IMG/VR virus record: IMGVR_UViG_2698536687_000001
Length of the DNA stretch: 64,000 nucleotides
Strand: one strand, 5' to 3'
Origin: a virus
Taxonomy: Duplodnaviria > Heunggongvirae > Uroviricota > Caudoviricetes
Below the pieces are notes generated by a model that was not told where the DNA came from, did not search any database, and saw only the letters and a list, made by a program, of their open reading frames with translations. The translations under genes and the position numbers were made by a program. Each line of letters starts with the position of its first letter. The stretch's first letter is position 1. Shown here one piece after another: positions 59,505 to 64,000 of this stretch.

Positions 59505-59541
59505 AGCTAAATCGCTCTATAAATCACGATTCATTGAGGCG
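59505..59541 (-). promoter_or_regulatory. C1 operator (perfect 17-mer) overlapping a minus-strand promoter-like sequence
   Basis: AAATTTATTAGAGCAAT at 59525-59541; on the minus strand TTGCTC-N17-TAATAT. Confidence 0.5.
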
Positions 59542-59561
59542 ATATTACACTAATAAATTTA

Positions 59562-62500
59562 TTAGAGCAATATGCCTAAAACGTCATGAGCAACACCTCG
59601 AGTGTCCCCCTTACAAGACACAGAACGTCTGGCAAAAAGAGGTTCCACTCTGAAGCCATTGTCATGATAAAGCTCTCTGATGTTTGGCGCGCCACTGTTA
59701 GTAATGAGAACCTTTGCACCTCGGCGATGAGCATCCGTCAACAGAGACACCAGGCGTTTTTGCTCTTCAAACTTAAAGTCATGACCGGAATAGTTCGTGA
59801 ATCCCTCTGTATTTGGAAGCGGTTCATATGGCGGATCGCAAAAAATGACATCTCCTTCTCCGGCAGCTTCAATCACCGCAGCAAAATCACCACATACAAA
59901 CTCAGAACGACCTTCCGCACCGAGGAAGGCTTCCATCTCCTGTAATGGGAAATACGGAGTTTTATACTTCCCATAACCGACATTGAACTCACCGGCCTGG
60001 TTGTAACGCGTCAATCCGTTAAAACAATGTCGGTTCAGGAACAAAAACGCCGCTGCGCGATGTAAATCATCATAGACTTGTTTGTTAAACGCATTCCGTA
60101 CTGCCAAGTATCCTTCCTGTGTCTTGTAGTCCTGGAAAAACTGATGCGCCAGTGTGATAAGTGAATGCGCCTCGCGTTGCAGAGTCTTGTAAAAGTTAAT
60201 CAGGTCAGCATTCACATCATTTAGCAGATTTTCCTGGTATCCGGCATTCATGAAGACAGCTCCGCCACCGACGAAAGGTTCAATCAGGCGCTTCCCTTCT
60301 GGCAAATAGCGAAAGATTTGTTCCAGAACACCAAATTTTCCACCAGCCCATTTGAATATGGACCGTTCGAATTCTGCCGCTGGTTTAACTTTTCGCTCTT
60401 TTGTTTCACGCCCTTCATTCTGCCGACATGCAGCCTTGGTTATCCGCTCGCCAATCCAGCGCATTACTGGTATCGCCATACTATTGCCGATCGCTTTGTA
60501 ACGCGGTCCGTCAGCTGCAAGCATCGCGGCCTCTTCTTCGCTTAAATCTGGATAGTGATTGTGCAGATATACCAGTTCATCTGAATTAACTTTTTTACGC
60601 TTTTCCGTAGGGATCAACGTATGCCCATCAGGAAAACCTTGAAGTCTCTCACATTCGACAGGGGTAAGACGGCGGACAGCTACTTCTTCGTTTCTTACTT
60701 CATAGCAAACAGCAGTTGGATTTTGAGCCATTAGAGATGGTGAAGTATTCTTAGTTGCTGCATGTTGTGTACCACTCATACGCTCAGGAAAAGCCAATGT
60801 AACAAGATGCTCATGGCTTTCTTGCTCACGCGCCCGCAATGTACCATGCCCTTCTGACCAAAAACCTGCTCCAGTGCTGCTAAAAACGGCAAGGTCAGTG
60901 GCATCTTTAAAGTCTCTTGCCTTTACTGTCGATGCGGTTTCATCGTCAATATATTCCCCAAATGCCGCCATCCTGAAACCGTTTACGGCTTTCGTCGATT
61001 TCATACCGGGGGACATGCCAGCGTGTAGGCATGGATTTAGGCTTTCGCCACTGATTGCAGCGCCATTTGCAGTAATGGCGGAAGCGATTTCCTTCTTTTT
61101 TCGGCTCGGCGCAATATTCCGGCGCACGCCTTCGAACTCAAAAAGTACCGTTGCGGGATCGAGGTCTGTTCGAGCACTTGCGACAACAAACACGCGTCGG
61201 CGTCGTTGTGCCACTCCGAAGTATTGGGCATCAAGGATTCTCCAGGCCACCTTTCGCTGCGGTCCATAAATACAACCACACTGTGGCCACTTTGGAGCAT
61301 GGCAACCGGTTTTGCCATCCCACCGCCAGAACGCGTTACTTTTTCCTGATTCAGGTCGATCACCTGGTTCAAATGGCGCATCTTCTCCAGCCAATCCGGC
61401 AAGGAAACATCCGAAGGCGTTATCTGCCGATGACAAGACTCCTGGGACATTTTCCCAGACGATAACGGCTGGTTTGAGAAATGACTCAGCCCGTTTGTCG
61501 TCAATTGCATTTGCAAGCTCCACATACTTTAAAGTTAGCGCGCCACGCTCATCATCAAGCCCACCACGTAATCCAGCGATACTGAATGCCTGACAGTTAT
61601 GGACCACCGCACCATTGAGGATATAGGAATGATCACCTTCGACTTCTATGTTGTATACAGTATCTAGGCCTACCGATTTAAACTCTTTGACTGTTCGTAA
61701 AAGCATTCCATGAGCCAATCTTGATTTACGTGACAATTTCTGCGGGCAGATTGTTACCTGATAATAATTCCGTTGATTTACCACGCGATCCTCAATCACT
61801 TTTTTGGGCTTAACTTCAATAAAGCTGACCGAAGAAACGTAACCACAAGTCTGTGACAACTCCGCAACGCCCCAAGCAAGCGCAGGACTAACACTATTAA
61901 TTCTAAATCCCGCTTTACCACTTGGTGTCCCATCAGTATCAAGATAGCCTTGTAAAAACACATGACGCAATGGATGCGACATAACCCATGCAGGGATACG
62001 CTTAGCATGGCTTAACTCGCCAAAATGTTCATTAAGCCAATTGGCATAACACGTATCATTCAAGGTTACTTTGATGCTCCCTCGGATTTCGCTTGCCACG
62101 GAAAATATGTTTTCTGGTATGCGGCAATGAAACTTTCTCAATTTCTGGCAATTTATGCCAAAAACAACCGCCTTCTTAGATTTACCTCTCCATCTCCTAA
62201 TATATCCATCGCCAACATAAGCGCCCGCAAGATACATAGCCTGTTCTTCAGACAAGAACCGAGAACAAATATCTGGAGATGCAATATTGAAATTAGTTAG
62301 AGCACACCATTGATATCCCGGCATATCACATGCTGCTCGCCATTCCGGTTCAGACAACAACTCTCTCTTAAAATATGTGCCATTTTTCCGGGTGTTTTGG
62401 GCTTTCCACCGAACCGCCAGGAAGGGATGGTCATTGGTTGTTCTTATACCTAAAGGCTGCCCAACGGCATTAAGTAACCCCGTATTAGCTATTTTTGAAC

Positions 62501-62849
62501 CAACTCTTTTTACTTGTTGTAACCGCCCGAGATGACTGACTACGTAATCGCCAGGGCAAACATCTTCTATTGGTTTATAACCATTTTTACAAAGAACCAT
62601 ATGCCCCGCGGTAAAACATGGTGTCCCTCCCACCAGCACATCAGGGGCTTCAATTTCTCCAGCCTGGACTTTTTGGGCGAGTTTTGTCATGTCGCCAAGG
62701 TTGGCGACATGGGGCCAGTGGTACGCAAGAACGGCAGATGGAAAAGGCTCGATTTCAGCAAACCACGCCGGACGCATACCCAACGGTTCCCAGGCAATAC
62801 TCGCGGCTTCAATTCCACTGCAAACAGATCCATAGCACAGCTCTTTCAC
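59562..62849 (-). CDS. dmt: Dmt bifunctional DNA methyltransferase (N-terminal C5-cytosine domain, C-terminal Dam-like N6-adenine domain) containing an intein
   Basis: 1095 aa; C5 motif [14 protein letters not shown] split by a 341-aa insert; C-terminal Dam-like region (WAGGKFGVL...[10 protein letters not shown]...DPPY); extein total 754 aa. Confidence 0.9.
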   Translation of the reverse strand: MKELCYGSVCSGIEAASIAWEPLGMRPAWFAEIEPFPSAVLAYHWPHVANLGDMTKLAQKVQAGEIEAPDVLVGGTPCFTAGHMVLCKNGYKPIEDVCPGDYVVSHLGRLQQVKRVGSKIANTGLLNAVGQPLGIRTTNDHPFLAVRWKAQNTRKNGTYFKRELLSEPEWRAACDMPGYQWCALTNFNIASPDICSRFLSEEQAMYLAGAYVGDGYIRRWRGKSKKAVVFGINCQKLRKFHCRIPENIFSVASEIRGSIKVTLNDTCYANWLNEHFGELSHAKRIPAWVMSHPLRHVFLQGYLDTDGTPSGKAGFRINSVSPALAWGVAELSQTCGYVSSVSFIEVKPKKVIEDRVVNQRNYYQVTICPQKLSRKSRLAHGMLLRTVKEFKSVGLDTVYNIEVEGDHSYILNGAVVHNCQAFSIAGLRGGLDDERGALTLKYVELANAIDDKRAESFLKPAVIVWENVPGVLSSADNAFGCFLAGLAGEDAPFEPGDRPESGKSNAFWRWDGKTGCHAPKWPQCGCIYGPQRKVAWRILDAQYFGVAQRRRRVFVVASARTDLDPATVLFEFEGVRRNIAPSRKKKEIASAITANGAAISGESLNPCLHAGMSPGMKSTKAVNGFRMAAFGEYIDDETASTVKARDFKDATDLAVFSSTGAGFWSEGHGTLRAREQESHEHLVTLAFPERMSGTQHAATKNTSPSLMAQNPTAVCYEVRNEEVAVRRLTPVECERLQGFPDGHTLIPTEKRKKVNSDELVYLHNHYPDLSEEEAAMLAADGPRYKAIGNSMAIPVMRWIGERITKAACRQNEGRETKERKVKPAAEFERSIFKWAGGKFGVLEQIFRYLPEGKRLIEPFVGGGAVFMNAGYQENLLNDVNADLINFYKTLQREAHSLITLAHQFFQDYKTQEGYLAVRNAFNKQVYDDLHRAAAFLFLNRHCFNGLTRYNQAGEFNVGYGKYKTPYFPLQEMEAFLGAEGRSEFVCGDFAAVIEAAGEGDVIFCDPPYEPLPNTEGFTNYSGHDFKFEEQKRLVSLLTDAHRRGAKVLITNSGAPNIRELYHDNGFRVEPLFARRSVSCKGDTRGVAHDVLGILL
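61596..62618 (-). mobile_element. Intein with LAGLIDADG homing endonuclease inserted at the catalytic Cys of the Dmt C5-MTase PCQ motif
   Basis: Begins CFTAGHMV (block A), TNDH (block B), [11 protein letters not shown] and [11 protein letters not shown] (LAGLIDADG motifs), [21 protein letters not shown] followed by +1 Cys; in frame, 341 aa. Confidence 0.85.
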
Positions 62850-63751
62850 TGCTTAGCCTCTCCACCAAGGGCATTTACCAGAGCATCAACCAGGCACGAA
62901 ATTTCACTGGTCAACAGGAAGAAATCTGCGTCCAGTCGCTGCGCTACATCTTCACTATCAATATCAGAGTTCTGATCAAGCAATTCATCCGCAAATTTGA
63001 CGCTGGTAAGGCTGAAGTTATGGTCCAGTGTAAATTTAATGCGGTTCTGCCAGTCGAGTGCCAACTTAGTGACGAGCTTGCCAGCTTCCAGGTGTGTGGA
63101 AATTTCATCGCTTCCCAAATCCTGCTTTTTCACTCGGGCAATACCGCCATCCTCAAGCACTGCCTTAAGTTCTGCCGCATCCCCCATTTGAAATCCCTGT
63201 GGAGCACTACCATCACGTACCCAGTCGGTCAGCGTTAATTCAATGGGATTTTCAACACCCAGGGGAACAACAGGAAGAGAACCCAGAGACTTACGCATAA
63301 GCGCGAGCATATCCTCTGCCTGCCGCGCGCTGGCATTGATATAGATACGTTTAGTTGAACCGTCGTAGATCGCCTGGATAACAGAAAACTTTGAAAAAGC
63401 CCGTGGCAGAAGAGAATGCAGAACTTCGTCTTTCAGGGAGTCCTTCTCTGTTTTCTTCAGTTTACGCGCTTGTTCTTGCTCAAGTTTTTCAATTTTTTCT
63501 TGAATAGCTCGCTGGATAACCGGCGGGGGAAGAATTTTTGTTTCGCGCTTTGCTTCAACAAGGATAAAACCATTTCCATGCATAGCGATAACTTCGGAAT
63601 TATCACCAAATGGAGATACAAAACCGAACTTGGCCATATCCTGACTACCGCATGGCGTGAAAAGGATCATTTTCTTTTTATCTTCTAAGTCGGTCAGATC
63701 CGCCTCACGAGAAAGTTTATAAATAGTAATGTTTTTCCAGTGCTTAAACAT
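62846..63751 (-). CDS. hrdC: HrdC, RdgC-family recombination-associated protein
   Basis: About 301 aa from [16 protein letters not shown] (AAGGG RBS), collinear with E. coli RdgC motifs ([40 protein letters not shown]); stop overlaps dmt start. Confidence 0.9.
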   Translation of the reverse strand: MFKHWKNITIYKLSREADLTDLEDKKKMILFTPCGSQDMAKFGFVSPFGDNSEVIAMHGNGFILVEAKRETKILPPPVIQRAIQEKIEKLEQEQARKLKKTEKDSLKDEVLHSLLPRAFSKFSVIQAIYDGSTKRIYINASARQAEDMLALMRKSLGSLPVVPLGVENPIELTLTDWVRDGSAPQGFQMGDAAELKAVLEDGGIARVKKQDLGSDEISTHLEAGKLVTKLALDWQNRIKFTLDHNFSLTSVKFADELLDQNSDIDSEDVAQRLDADFFLLTSEISCLVDALVNALGGEAKQ

Positions 63752-63962
63752 GTTGTAACCCTTGAATATCAACCACAGAAAGCTCGTCTTTGTAGAAAAA
63801 GGCCAGGTTGTGGCACCCCCTCGTTTGAGCGTATGAGCTGGGACCAATTTCGTTCTTCCAGACAAATGGCTTCAAATCCGTACGGCGAAGCATAAAAACG
63901 CGATTTGTTCCGCTCTGATTCCCAATGAGGCAAAAGCCTTCTTTCACCTTGATAGCCTGCAA
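63744..63962 (-). CDS. Unverified small ORF upstream of hrdC (P1 uhr position); may be part of a gene running off the window
   Basis: 72-aa six-frame ORF only. Confidence 0.2.
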   Translation of the reverse strand: MQAIKVKEGFCLIGNQSGTNRVFMLRRTDLKPFVWKNEIGPSSYAQTRGCHNLAFFYKDELSVVDIQGLQHV

Positions 63963-64000
63963 GTTGTCGAGTTCACCGCTGGTTACACGGCTATCGAACT

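Overview
This window is a P1-like phage-plasmid backbone. Cre (28007-29038, minus) and a perfect 34-bp loxP (29456-29489) match the canonical sequences, as do C1 repressor, Coi, Doc, Phd, Ref, SSB and the SAR lysozyme. Gene order is collinear with an inverted P1 map as I recall it: cin and its cix site, the lydA-lydB-hdf-darA-ddrA-ddrB operon, ssb, lyz, pro/prt, darB (2255 aa), ulx/lxc, then mat-ref-cra-cre-loxP-coi-c1, pacB-pacA with the pac hexamer clusters, lpa, pdcB/pdcA, doc/phd, a pmg/ppp/pap morphogenesis block, baseplate-like genes, and hrdC-dmt. At least twelve C1-operator-like sites (ATTGCTCTAATAAATTT family) are scattered through it. Superimposed on this backbone are several non-P1 or unusual features. 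The most striking is a canonical 341-aa intein with a LAGLIDADG homing endonuclease inserted exactly at the catalytic PCQ motif of the cytosine-methyltransferase domain of the bifunctional Dmt methyltransferase. Others are: a tRNA-Thr(UGU)-like gene split by a 433-bp insert that is almost entirely an HNH endonuclease ORF; a type IC (EcoR124-like) hsdM-hsdS-hsdR system next to phd/doc, whose hsdS carries three 12-bp TAEL-coding repeats; an AT-rich island with a LuxR-type regulator and an AIDA-like autotransporter where P1 carries res/mod; and an immI-like module (C1 operator, icd-like ORF, antirepressor) between c1 and pacB, present as two divergent tandem copies around an assembly gap. Two N-runs (23229-23289, 31053-31318) are scaffold gaps. 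Gene names for less distinctive P1 proteins are assigned from size, order and memory of the P1 map, not from a database search.
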